A stretch of DNA of 64,000 nucleotides from Azolla caroliniana (taxonomy: Eukaryota > Plantae > Polypodiophyta), in contig JBHGNT010000003.1 of assembly GCA_043228905.1 (NCBI GenBank), forward strand, positions 1,178,001 through 1,242,000. The letters run 5' to 3'. The notes beneath the pieces were generated by a model. It had not been told where the DNA came from and did not search any database. It worked only from the letters and a program-made list of their open reading frames with translations. Each line of letters begins with the position of its first letter. The first letter of the stretch is position 1. This document shows, in pieces, positions 1 through 13,179 of this stretch. A program made the translations under genes and the position numbers.

Positions 1-3000
1 CAACAACGTGGCCCACGAGCGGCAGAGAAGAGAGAGCGGCGAGTGGGTACGCACTACCGCCGGAAGAGAGCTCAACGCAAAACGGTTCAGAGGAGCTCGA
101 CCTAGAAGCGCTAATACGAGAGGCATGCGAGCTTGTGAAGGGGAAAATCGAAGCCAAAGAAGGGCTTACTATGGAGTCTGGCCGGAGGCGATCGGAGTAT
201 GCGGAGGAAGAAGCCTCCCTAAGTGTAGAAGACGGGGCCTATACGGAGTCCGGAAGAGCGTACGACGGCAACATGGAAGAGGGTGCGGAGCAATTGACCC
301 TCTTGCCTTGCGGTGAAGGGATGGCCATGGAGGCCGGTAACTACGGATTCGGGGCATGGCGGCCCGAAACATCGAGTAGGGAGAAGTACAAGGGATGAAG
401 AGGAGAACAAAGACCGGTCCCATGAGATTTTCACACCGATCCGACTGTCGGCCCGGGTGCTGGCGTGAGTCCTATAAGAAGAGATCGGTGGCGACAGGAG
501 AATGGGACTCGACAATCCAGAGAATGACGGACGGACCCGGACGAGAACCGAGCGGAACGGACTTCCGGAAAACCATTCCGGGAGGGAGGGAGAGAGTAGG
601 CCTACGAAGAGGCCGGGAACACGGTACGTCGGTACCACAAGAGAGGGTGTGGAGTGAGCCACCCTCTCGACTTACGAAAGAAGGAAGACCCGGGATAAGG
701 GTCAGAGATATGGCAAGCCCAAGGAGGATCCTTCACACCGGTTCTAGAGACTTCGGAAGTCGACAACGCGGTCAACGTAAGACCAAGATACTGATGGTGG
801 CAACGAGGTGACAAAGGCAAAGGGCTACGAATGGGCAGTCTACGGAGATCCTCACACCGATCCGGCGGTCAGCCCGAGAGCCGGCGTGAGTCCTATAGGA
901 AAGGACGGTGGCGGCAGGTGAACGTGACCAACAAAAGAGAATGGCGAAGGCAGAGTGGAGCAGCTGTGACCTTACACACACCGATTCTAGAGACTCCGGC
1001 AGCCAACGACAAAAGGAGGCGTGAGACCTAGAGTAAGGGACGGTGGCGGCGGTAGGGCGGGCAACCGAAGCCAGAAGGGGAGGTCCCACGAAGACACTCA
1101 CACCGATCCGGCGGTCGGCCCGAGTGCCGGTGTGAGTCCTATAGGGGAGATCGGTGGCGACAGGAGAACGTGATCTGACGACATGAGGCGAAAAATGGCA
1201 AGGAGGTATGAGGCCAGCAAGGTGGCTACGGACCATCTCAAACCTTCCGATGAGGTGAGTGGCGCAAGGAAGTCTGGTCCTACGGGATCCCCACACTTAA
1301 CCAGAGACTCTGGCAGTTCGGCCAACGTGGCAACATGAGACCGAGAGAGAAGGTTGGTGGTGGCGGGAAACGGGACCCGGCTACGTGGAAGACACGAGGA
1401 GAGTCGTGAAGGACTCCGACAAAAGACACCCGAATTTCGGCAAGCATAGAAACGGAGTCCAGTCTTATGGGACCCTCGCACCGATCTGGAGACTTCGGCA
1501 GTTCAGCCAACGTGGCAACGTGAGACCTAGGAAGAAGGACGGTGGCGGTAGGGAATGGGACCCAACGACACGGGGTAGCGAATCGGGAGCCGGTAAGACG
1601 GGGCGGACGAAGTGCGAAACCCTCACCGGCCGGTTACGGTTTCGGAAGTAGCCGGTAGGGCAAACACGAGGAGGTGTGTCAGGCCGGAAAGGCACACCTG
1701 GGACAGAATAAGAGTCTCGCAAGTGGCCATCACGGGCTGGATTAGAGCATGACTACGGGACAGTGTTCGACACGGGCGGTGCCGAACAAAGGAAGCGGAA
1801 GACGGCACAAGGGAGGTGCCAGCAATGAGGTGACAAGTGCCTAGTGGACTGCATAGGGTCAGAGTCAGGGGATGGCAAGAGAGGCCGAAGGAGGATCCTC
1901 CACACTCGCTTCGTAGATCTCGGTAGCGAAGACTGACACGGCAAGCCCGGGGGTGACAAGCTGGTGGGGGCGAGGGGAGGACGGCAAGCGGAAGACTCAG
2001 GACCTGTTGCAGCAGCACGAAGGGCCAAGCAAGCTACTACGGGGTGTTCCTCGGATGCGGAGGACACCAGTATGCGGGTGAGCGGCGATGCACAATCTGG
2101 CCAGGAAAGGGGGCGACAAGGCGTGCAATGAACCGGAGTACGGCACAGGCAGTGCCAAACAACGGACGAGGGTATTTGGCACACGGAGGTGCCGGAGCGG
2201 AAAGGCGAGCGCGGAGATAGGTTGCGCGGTTCGGAAGTAGCGCGTAGAAGGCCAGAAAAGGATCCTCCACACCGTTCCGGAGACCATGGCGGTTCGAGCC
2301 GACGCGGCGATGTAAGACCATGGAGAAGGAAGGTGGCGGCGAGAGGACGAAGGCAACGCGAAGCAACATGGGACGGCAATCAGGACAACACAAATGGTCA
2401 ACGGAGGCCAAGTGGGCCACTACGGGCGTTCCTCAAGCGGAGGACATCGGGCATACGACGGGGAGCGGGGCGTTCATACGGCCGAACAAGGGCCAGCAGA
2501 AGTACGCATACTACGGAGATCGCAGCAGAGGACCCATCGACGGGTCAAACGAGTCTACAAGGAGGTAAGCGCGAAGGAAGAACCGAAGCCGACGGATCAA
2601 ACCGGCAGTGAGCTGGGATGCGTATTACGGAAGACCGGTTTCTCACCGGCCGAAATCTCTCACCCTTCACTAGATTTGGCACGTACCGGTGGACGTGCGG
2701 TTAGGTGGGGGCGGATGTCGTGAAGAATTTCGTCCAGAGGCGGAAACCGGGAAATAGTCGCTACATCGATGGGGTGCACCATGTGCACTCTCCCTCGTGT
2801 AATTGTGTGAATAATAGGAGTCGGGATGCGTATTACGGAAGTACGCATACTACGGAGATCGCGGTAGAGGACCCATCGACGGGTCAAACGAGCCTACGGG
2901 GAGGTAAGCGCGAAGGAAGAACCGAAGCCAACGGATCAAACCGGCAGCGAGCCGAGATGCGTATTACGGAAGACCGGTTTCTCACTGGCCGAAATCTCTC

Positions 3001-3806
3001 ACCCTTCACTGGATTTGGCACGTACCGGTGGACGTGCGGTTAGGTGGGGGCGGATGTCGTGAAGAATTTCGTCCAGAGGCGGAAACCGGGAAATAGTCGC
3101 TACATCGGTGGGGTGCACCATGTGCACTCACCCTCGTGTAATTGTGTGAATAATAGGAGTTAAGTTGGGACGAAGAATCCCATGTAAATCGGGATTTATC
3201 CCACATTGTAACGCATCCCTCTCCTTGTTCTATAAAAGGAAGGGATGGTCCCTCGTAGAGGGGTTGCCCGTTTTTGTGTTAGAGGGCATACCGTTAGGTT
3301 TAGAGTTAGGTTTCTTCTTCTTCTTCTTCTTCTTCTTTGTGGGGAGGTCGACCGTTGAGGGTTGTTTCTGCTCGGTCTCCTGTGCAAGACCCCGCTTTGT
3401 GTGACGAGCCCGAGAGCTCCGCGGACGACGACTTGGCAGCAAACTGCTGTTGTAACCTACCCCCACCATGGTCCGGCTCGAAGCCGGGAATGTATTCTCC
3501 CCTTTGTAATATACATACTAGTATCCGTCTGTGCATACTCGTGTCTCTGTCTATGTGGGTGTTTTGGTGTTCCCTTCCCTGCGTTGCCTGTACATAAGGG
3601 CGTGAGTTGGGTCGGTGTGGTGTGTTTGTGTGTGTGTGTGTGTGTGAGTCGGCGTCAAGGGAGCACTCCCTCTCTTTCTCCCTCTCTTCCTCTCTCTCTC
3701 CCATTCGGTGGCTTCTAGAACGCGCCCGGAATCATCTTCTTGGCTTCCCTTCTTCCCTAGTTCGAGACCCCCGTGGTCCCGCCCTTCCACACGCACGCGC
3801 GTAACA
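1..3806 (+). mobile_element. GC/purine-rich LTR-retrotransposon terminal region (long LTR, 5' part outside the window), inserted into an older gag-pol element
   Basis: No credible ORF. Contains degenerate ~200-400 bp repeats, a TATA-like TATAAAAGG at ~3231, then (CTT)n/(GT)n/(CT)n tracts, and ends in ...CGCGTAACA (3806), a typical LTR 3' end. Composition switches abruptly to a gag remnant after 3806. No second LTR or PBS is visible. Confidence 0.55.
2499..3160. repeat. Tandem duplication, 339-bp unit, ~2 copies
   Basis: GAAGTACGCATACTACGGAGATCGC starts at 2499 and 2838. The copies are nearly identical up to AATAATAGGAGT (~3160). Confidence 0.9.
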
Positions 3807-3819
3807 ACGCGACAACGTA

Positions 3820-4845
3820 CTAAATCATTGGGTCCAAATACATAGTGAGGGAAAGAACATTGACAATTACATAAATGATGTGTATAGACGTCAAGGACAT
3901 TAGGAATCTAACCTTTAGGGTCTGCAACTTTTGCTTTGTTGTTGTGCTCTTTTCGTTGGAGCTTTTGACATTGTTCTTTTGTATGCCCCTTCTTTTTGCA
4001 GAATACGCAAAAAGGATATTGTCGCTTACAATCATGATACATGAATTCGTTGGGTGTCTTGCGTTTCCCAACGAATTGGGACTGCTTAGTCCTGGCCACT
4101 TTGTTGGGTTTGTTATGGTCCCTCTTCGAAGTGCGTTGATAGCGAAGAACTATTTCAACGGCCTCTTCGAAAGATTTTGGATCCTTATCATGCACTATCC
4201 AGTGATAGTCCGAATTGGGGATGCCATTGACAAAGCAAGCTATTAACCAATTGTCCCCTTCTAGACCCGATTTTTGGATTTGGGTTCTAGCATGGTGGAC
4301 ATAGTTTTCTAGCAAAGAAATTTCCGGCTAGAGAGGTTCATTAATGCTTCTGCTACCTCAGTTTGAGATGGAGGTTGCAGAATTTGGCCCTTGAAAACTG
4401 TGACAAAATTTGTCTAGGTATCGGGCAATTTCCCCAAAGTTCGGAGCCCACACCACCAAGCGGCAACCTTACCCCTTAGTTCTCGGCCGACATATGCAAT
4501 CTTCATACTATCTCGTGTGGGATAGAGCTCAAAATGAGACTCCCATCGGCCCAGCCACGTGCAGATTGCTTCTTCAGTTTTTTCCTTTTTTTCTCCCGTA
4601 AATGGCTTTACGACAAATGATGGTTCACCCTAACGCTAATCGGGTCTATTAGTTTCATGTTGTAAACTAATGACACGTGCCTCGAGAGCACTTTGAGATT
4701 GCCAAAATTTGGACATCTGATGAGTGGTTGAACTAAGGAAATTTTGTATTTGTAAGAAATACGACTCAATGGACATTGGTCCAGAAGGATTTCCTGGAGT
4801 TCCTTCCGCTTGAGCGGATGACATCGGGTCATTATTTTGAGCCAT
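3820..4845 (-). pseudogene. Degenerate retrotransposon gag with zinc knuckle
   Basis: MAQNNDP... from ATG 4845. A KPFTGE...TWLGRWESHF gag-like segment lies at ~4610-4520 and a CCHC knuckle CVFCKKKGHTKEQC in ORF 3908-4315. Broken by stops and frameshifts. Confidence 0.75.
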
Positions 4846-6525
4846 TGAATGATTATTTCTGGCAAAGAAGTAGGATAAGGTCAGACAAATAGTCACAACA
4901 TCAAGTCATGATGTAAACATATCATGGGCCAACATTAATCGATATCATGATCTCACGTCAATACCCCTCTAGACGTATGAGATGAGGTTCAAGATCATGT
5001 TACTATGGTAACACAAAGGTATGGTTTTAAAAACCATGGGGGTGACAATTTAATGTCTTTCCATGATCTCTATATCGATTTTTTCATGGTGGCTCCCCGA
5101 GGCTCAACCATGTATGTTCGCGTCATGAATAGTTTATACACGAAAAAAATGTTAACAATAAACTATGTTTCTGTGCACACGTATGTGGTTTCGGCTCTTT
5201 AAGTCCTATGACGAGGACCCCGAAGTGCACTTAGACCTAAAGTCTAAACATGTATTATAGTCATATGACGAGGACCCCGAAGTGCACTTAGACCTAAAGT
5301 CTAAACATGTATTATAGTCATATGTATCAACAATGTTGTATGGTCTTGGTCATATTTGAACTCCAGACCTCGAGAACAAATGCATTCAACACTTGAGCTA
5401 GCCAAATAGGTTGCTCATGTTTAATGTTTAATTTTATGCGTATAAGAGATATGCTAGGCATTTGCCCATATATGTTTTTTTAAAAGAAACATATATGTCA
5501 AGAGTCCTTATTTCCCTCTCATTTACCACAAAATATATGTTACCTAACCTCAAGTCTCATAATTACGATCGCATACGCCAAAGTGCAACCTAATGGTCAA
5601 GCCATATGAGCCCTCTTAATCATGGTAGGCCCACGTGGCCGATCACATGGTTACGTCATTACGAATTCCTTTCGTAAGAATGATCTCATTGTGGTATCGT
5701 ATCCATGTAATGAGGGAGGGATGTTGGATATGTGTGTCATAGGAGCGACCTCACATGAAGTGGGTCAAGCCCTACGTTCTCAACATCATTGTGGCTAAGA
5801 GCATTTCGTTACGTAACAAAATCGAAGTGACCAACGGGGATGTCAACAAAAGAAATTGTTGAAAAAGGGATGGTGACTACGCCATTCTCACAAAAATGTG
5901 AGGATGGCCACCAAGATCCTTTCCCCGAAAAGGACAACATTTGATATAGAAATTATGTTATAACTAACATACACATATGTATATTTATCACATATATATG
6001 ATCAAATATGTATACATGTTACCACATATGCGTATATTTTAAAAAATCGTAACATCAAATAGCCAACATATGATGACATCGAGACACGTAATCGAGGCAT
6101 ATCACCTCTACGAACACGAAACATCCAAAAATAAGAGTTAATCGTAATACGCAATTAAGGTATTGACCTCTCATGCATACGACACCAAATGCATATCATT
6201 TACATAAAAATCGAGGTATTGACCTCATACACATATGTAACATATGCATGTGAACGTAATACGCAATTGAGGTATTAACCTCGTACACATACGACACGAA
6301 TTACATATCAAATATGTGTGAAATGAGGTATTGACCTCATACACATATGTAAACATTTTATACAACCAATTAATTACCACTACAACATCATTGAAACAAT
6401 GAAAAACAACACATATTGACTATACATGATTAGATTGGGAGAAGAAAGAATAAGAAAAAAAAAAGAGGAAAAGTTACCGAAGTTCCTTTGTTGATTGTTA
6501 TTTTTGGATCAAGGTTGAACACACG
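4846..6525 (-). mobile_element. 5' untranslated internal region of the minus-strand LTR element (contains a ~57-bp duplication at ~5208-5322 and GAGGTATTGACCTC palindromic repeats at ~6158-6340)
   Basis: Non-coding and lies upstream of the gag remnant. The shared TSD AACACACG links it to the LTR/PBS segment at ~26670-27707. Confidence 0.6.
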
Positions 6526-7909
6526 CCCGGGGACTCCACTATATATAAGACGGTTGTATCACGTGCGTTCATGACATCATTTATAAACCCCTTATACGTA
6601 TGGTTTTTACTATTTTAGTGACCCTTTTGTAGAAAAAAGATTAATAAAAATACCCCTTACTACCAATATATTTTTTGATAACCACCCATTTTAAATACCC
6701 TTACATATAAAATATACATGCACACATAGTTTCCAATCCTAGAAAGGATCGATGACCACCTGTACAATTGATGACTCGCAAAATTATGAATGAACATTAA
6801 ACATCATATGCAATTCCTAGAAATGCTTCATCAAGTGCCACATAGATTGAAAACACAATATGTAAAGTACAAAGTAATGCACACACAATTAGGAAACATT
6901 ACCAAAAACACTAGAGGTATAACATACATAAGCCGCATATAAGTTTTTTTTTAGTTTATTGAGACATATGAAGAATATAGCATGATAAAAAAAAAATGTA
7001 ATTTACAATAAAACAATCTTGAACTTGATATATATATCTCAAAGAGCAGATATGAAACAATCCAAAATGCATATCAATAATGAAATTACTAACAAATTAA
7101 CCTTATGTTTAGTTTCATGGATAGACTCATATGAAGTCGTAACATTATTTTTTCTCTTCTTGTTTCCCATTCAAAATATTATTTTTTGTGTACACAAAGG
7201 AAAATGGTTCATAAAATATATCGTCCTCAATTATTTCGACTCGGATCTTTGCATATGTAAGAGTTCCTCTCACACTTACAATGCCCAAAGGTTTATCTTC
7301 ATCATCCCTCTCATGTTCAAACACTTCAATAATAGATTCTTCATCCATTATCTACAAATAGAATGACCCACCTATCACTTTTCATATAACCATACATCAT
7401 ATATATGTGTGTATGTGTGCATTGTGAATGTGGTATTCATGTGTGATTTGTGTGTATGTATGTTCCATACATCATATATGTTTGTATGTGGTATGCATGT
7501 GTGTTGTTTGTTATGTTTGTGTGTGCGTATGTATGTATGTTCCATACATCATATATGTTTATATGTGGTATGCATGTCTATTGTGTTTTATGTTTGTGTG
7601 TGTGTATGTATGTTCCATACATCATATATGTTTGTATGTGGTATGCATGTGTGTTGTTTGTTATGTTTGTATGTGGTATGCATGTGTGTTGTTTGTTATG
7701 TTTGTGTGTGCGTATGTATGTATGTTCCATACATCATATATGTTTATATGTGGTATGCATGTCTGTTGTGTTTTATGTTTGTGTGTGTGTATGTATGTTC
7801 CATACATCATATATGTTTATATGTGGTATGCATGTCTGTTGTGTTTTATGTTTGTGTGTGTGTATGTATGTTCCATACATCATATATGTTTGTATGTGGT
7901 ATGCATGTG

Positions 7910-7959
<50 letters not shown>

Positions 7960-8264
7960 GTATTGTATTGCATGTGTATATAGGTATGTGTGTAATATGT
8001 ATGTACATATTGTATTGTATTGTATTTAATTGCATTTATTGTGTATGTATAGCATGTGTGATGTGTGTTATGTTTGTGTGTGTGTGTGTGTACATATTGT
8101 ATTGTATGTATGTGTTATGTGTAAATGTGTATGTAAGTCAGTGTATATAGGTATGTGTGTATGTATGTACATATTGTATTGTATTGTATTAATTTCGTTT
8201 ATTGTATATATTGTATGTATGGCTTGTGTGTATGATTGTATACGTTATGTGTGTGTGTGTGTGT

Positions 8265-8296
<32 letters not shown>

Positions 8297-10220
8297 TTAT
8301 GTATGTATGTATGTACGTGAGTGTATGTAAGTCTAAGAATTTATGTGTTGGTTTATGTATGATGTTTGTACTTATGTGTACTTGTAAAATATTTGTAGAG
8401 TACTTGTGGCAGCCCCGACAGAGAATAATGGTGAGCAAAAGCAGCACGACAAGGCGAGCGGCGGCGGCAGCAAAACGAGAACTGAGGCGGCAAAATGAGG
8501 ACAGAAGCAACAAGGGGAGAAGAGGCGACAACAATGAGGAGAGACGAGGAGGTAAAGCAAAGGAGGAGGCGGCAAAAATCTAAATTTAAAAAAACATGAA
8601 TGTTTGAATATTATGTTTAGTATGAACGAATGAATGTATGTATGTATGTATGTATGTGCACGTAATGTATGCTTGCATGAATAAACATGAATGAATGAAT
8701 ATATGAATGTACATATGTGTATATATGTAATATGTAATGTATGTATATTTGTATGTGTATGTGTATGCATAATACATATATGTGTGTGTGGATGTTTGTT
8801 GTAATATGTATGTATGTGTATGTATAATATATATTGTTTGTAAGCATGAGACTACATTTAGTAGCGATGCATTCCCTTTTATATCTCTTTCTTTCTCTTG
8901 TAGTTCATATGTCCGGGACTACACATGGTAGCACGGTGTTATATTTGTCACCGGCTTATGTACTCACCCCTTGTAAAAATCTTTATATTCTAAGCCCTGC
9001 CCCTCCCCAACTTTCTCCTATTTTCAGCCCTATCCCTCCCCTACTTTCTCCTATTTCTAGCCCTACCCCTTACCCATTTTTTCCTATTCTCATTCAAACC
9101 CCTCTCCCACATTATTTTTATTTTTTCTTTAGAATGTTTTCACTTTTATAACTTATCGCTTTTATAGTTTAACTTAAACATTCATACCCCTCATATATAT
9201 GTACATTAATTTTACATACACATACATACATATTACAAACAAACATCCACACACATATATGCATACACATACAAATATACATACATTACATATTACATAT
9301 ATACACATATGTACATTCATATATCCATTCATTCATGTTTTTTTATTTTTTTTTATTTTAAAGAAGATATCCTGTCATTAGTGTAACCATTTTTACAAGA
9401 TTTAAATTCTATGTGATTGGGGGGGGGGGGGGGGGGGGACAACCATTCATTCATGTTTATTCATGCAAGCATACATATTTTATGCATACATTACATATAT
9501 ATATTCATTCATTCATACATGCATACATTACGTGCACATACATACATACTAAACATAACATTCAAACATTCATGTACAAATGTACATATGTGTATGCATA
9601 TGTCATGTATGTCATGTATGAGTATGTATGTCCATGTACGAATGTACATATGTGTATGCATATATGTAATTTATCTGTGTATGTAAATGTACATGATTCA
9701 ATGTATATGAATGTGTGATTGTAATATGTACATAATATCTATGTATATATCTAATGTATATATGTGTATGTATATGTAGCAATATATAAATGAATATATG
9801 TATGTCCATGTATGAATGTACATATGTGTATGCATATACACATATGTAATTTATCTGTGTATGTATGTGTATTCATATATCCATATGACAATGTACATGA
9901 TTCAATGTGTATGGATGTGTGATTGTAATATGTGCATAATATTTATGTATATATCTAATGTATGTATATGTAGCAATGTATAAATGAATATAGGTATGTC
10001 TATGTACAAATGTACATATGTGTATTCATATATCCATATGACAATGTACATGATTCAATGTGTATGGATGTGTGATTGTAATATGTGCATAATATTTATG
10101 TATATATCTAATGTATGTATATGTAGCAATGTATAAATGAATATAGGTATGTCTATGTACAAATGTACATATGTGTATACATATGTAATGTATGTATGTG
10201 TATGCATATATCCATATGTA

Positions 10221-10271
<51 letters not shown>

Positions 10272-10475
10272 CATGTATGTATGTATGTGTGTGTGTGTGT
10301 GTTGTGTGTGTGTATGTATGTATGTATGTATGTATGTATGTATGTATGTATGTATGTATGTATGTATGTATGTATGTATGTATGTATGTGTGTGTGTGTG
10401 TGTGTTGTGTGTGTGTATGTATGTATGTATGTATGTATTTATGTATGTATGTGTGTGTGTGTATGTATGTATGTA

Positions 10476-10532
<57 letters not shown>

Positions 10533-12606
10533 ATGTGTGTGTAGGTGTATGCATATATCCATATGTCAATGTACATGACTCAATGTATATGAATGTGTGA
10601 TTGTAATATATGCATATGCAATGTATGTATGTACATGCATGAATGTACATACGTGTATTATGTATATATGTAATATGTAATGTATGTATGTTTGTATGTG
10701 TATAGTGTATGGCATATGCATATATGCATACATGAGTGTGTGGATGTTTGTTCGTAATATTTATGTATATATGTATGTATTGTAGTTTGTGATGATATGT
10801 ATGTACATATGTAATGTACGTATGTATGTGTATGTAACGTATTTATGTGTATGCATGTATGTAATGTATGTATATATGTATATATGTGTATGGATGTATG
10901 CTTGTAAGACTTATAACATTGTAGGCATATGTATGTATATATATGGTGATATGTGGAATATGTATGTATGTATGTGTATGCATATATGTATTTGTCAATA
11001 TACATGATTCAATGAGTATGAATGTGTTTGTAATATGTGCATAATATGTATGTATATATCCAATGTATGTATGTGCATGTATATGTATGTGTGTATGTGG
11101 TCATATGTATGTAAATGTATGAATATTTTTGGGATATTTTCATGTTTAGTATGTATATGGTTAGTATATGGATGTATGTTTGTAATATGTACGTAATATG
11201 CATGTATATATCCAATGTATGTGTAAGTATACATATACCTAATGTGTGTGTGTATGTAAGTATTGTGGTTTGTATGGTCCAGTATAATCTATATATACGG
11301 TGATATGTGGAATATGTATTTACATATGTAATATATCTATATATGTATATATGTAATTTATGTATGTGTAAATTTGTATATTGTGTAATAGGTATCGATT
11401 ATATGCTATGTAATATCTAATTTATTTATGTGTGTGTGCACGTTTATATATATGTAATATATGTAACTTGTTTGTAAGTATGAAGATTAATATACATATA
11501 ATATGTAGCCTTAGGTAATAATATGTATGTGTATGTGTATATATATAATATGTAATTTATTTTTCTGTGTTTTGTATGTATATATGCATTTGTGTATGTA
11601 TGTATGTCATATGTAATTTTATTGTATGTATTATGTTACATGTATATATGTATGTCAATATATATGGTTGAAACTTGATTCTAATATGTATGTAGTATGT
11701 AATGTATGTATGTACGTGTATGTCATATTTACATATGGTAATATATATTTGTACATATATTTATGTTTAGTCATTATGCATGTATAAATGGGTGTAATGT
11801 ATGTATATACATATTCATGGATGTAATGTTTGAATGTACAGGTATATACGCATGTGTGATGTGCAATATATGAATGTAGGTACATATATATGCATGTATG
11901 TGGTATGCATGTGTGATGTGTGGTATGTTCGTGTGTGTATGTATGTATGTATGTATATATTGTATTGTATTGTATGTATGGAATGTGTGTATATGTGTAT
12001 GTATGTGTATATATAATATGTACTTTATTTTTTTGTGTTTGGTTTGTATATTTGCATTTGTATATAATAATATATGTGTGTAATATGTAATATATAAAAT
12101 ATGTTTGTGAGAATGTGTATGTATATATGTAATATGTAATTTTTATGTATGTATTATGTATACTCCTATGTCAATATATATGGCCGATTCTAATATGTAT
12201 GTAGTATGTAATACATGTATGTATGTGTATGTACATATTTACACATGGTAATACATATTTCGACATATATATGTTTAGTCAGTATGCATGTATAAATGGG
12301 TGTAATGTATGTATATACATATTCATGGATGTAATGTTTGAATGTAGGTATATGTATGTATGTATGCTACTCCAAATTTGAGTATTGTTTGTATATTCTT
12401 TACTATCTCATTGAAATATCTAATATTTCATGGGCTTATGTAAATTTTTTTTCTAGCATAATTGATAATACCCTTATGTAAATATATTTTCAAATCTTTA
12501 TTAATACCCTTATATATATATATATTCTGTATCTCACTGATTAAATTAAACCCCTTTTGATGAACTCACGTGCTATCATACAAGTTTTGACAGTGAAGCC
12601 CCCGGG
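6526..12606 (+). mobile_element. ~6.1-kb non-autonomous DNA transposon, copy A (imperfect TIRs starting CCCGGGG, interior of AC/AT/ATAC microsatellite-like sequence)
   Basis: Left end CCCGGGGACTCCACTATAT...CACGTGCGTTCAT. Right end (reverse complement) CCCGGGGGCTTCACTGTC...CACGTGAGTTCAT. A near-identical inverted copy at 27708-33756 defines the boundaries exactly. Flanks are AACACACG (6518-6525) and GGAAACAA (12607-12614). Confidence 0.9.
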
Positions 12607-13179
12607 GGAAACAACAAGCATAACCCCACTTCATTTCAACTTTCCAACGTGAGGCTAAAGTAGGCCATTGAAATGAGCTCTAATGGCACATCCATTATCA
12701 AACCATGTGGAGGATTTCTTAGTGCATGTTATTACGAAAGATGCCGACTCTAGCAAAATACTTTATAGTAGAAGATGTCATGACTAAAATTTGGCTCTAC
12801 CAATACCACAATTGTAAAAGACTCAAGCCTCCTGCAACCTCTCAAAGGGTTTGATGCAGCATGCACACAACTTGAACAATTGGATCAATCATTAATGACA
12901 CATACATATATTCATACTATAATTAATCATTAATGACACCTACATATATTCATACTATGTGTGGAATTAGGTGTCATACAAGAGACATGAGACAACCCTT
13001 ACCACAAAAGTCAAGCTTACCTAGCACCAACCTAGGCCTTTCATGGTCATCGCAAACTTATGGTCGGACAGACAACACACACATATGTCGGGCGTAAGAG
13101 AATCATGGTCGAGCATCTCGACCTTGTCCAGGTGGATTGTGTCCCTTGTGGGCCTCCAAAACAATACGATACTTCTTCT

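Noticed and set aside
1-3800. Numerous overlapping Arg/Gly/Pro-rich ORFs
   Set aside because: Expected from GC-rich repeated LTR-like DNA. No domain motif in any frame.
7400-12400. Many Cys/Val/Met/Tyr- or His/Thr-rich ORFs (also 28200-32900)
   Set aside because: These are translations of (GT)n/(ATGT)n microsatellite DNA with no protein signal.
6537-12595. CACTA/CACTG termini suggesting an EnSpm/CACTA element
   Set aside because: Both copies share a further 11 bp (CCCGGGG...) outside the CACT motifs, and the duplication is 8 bp, not 3 bp.
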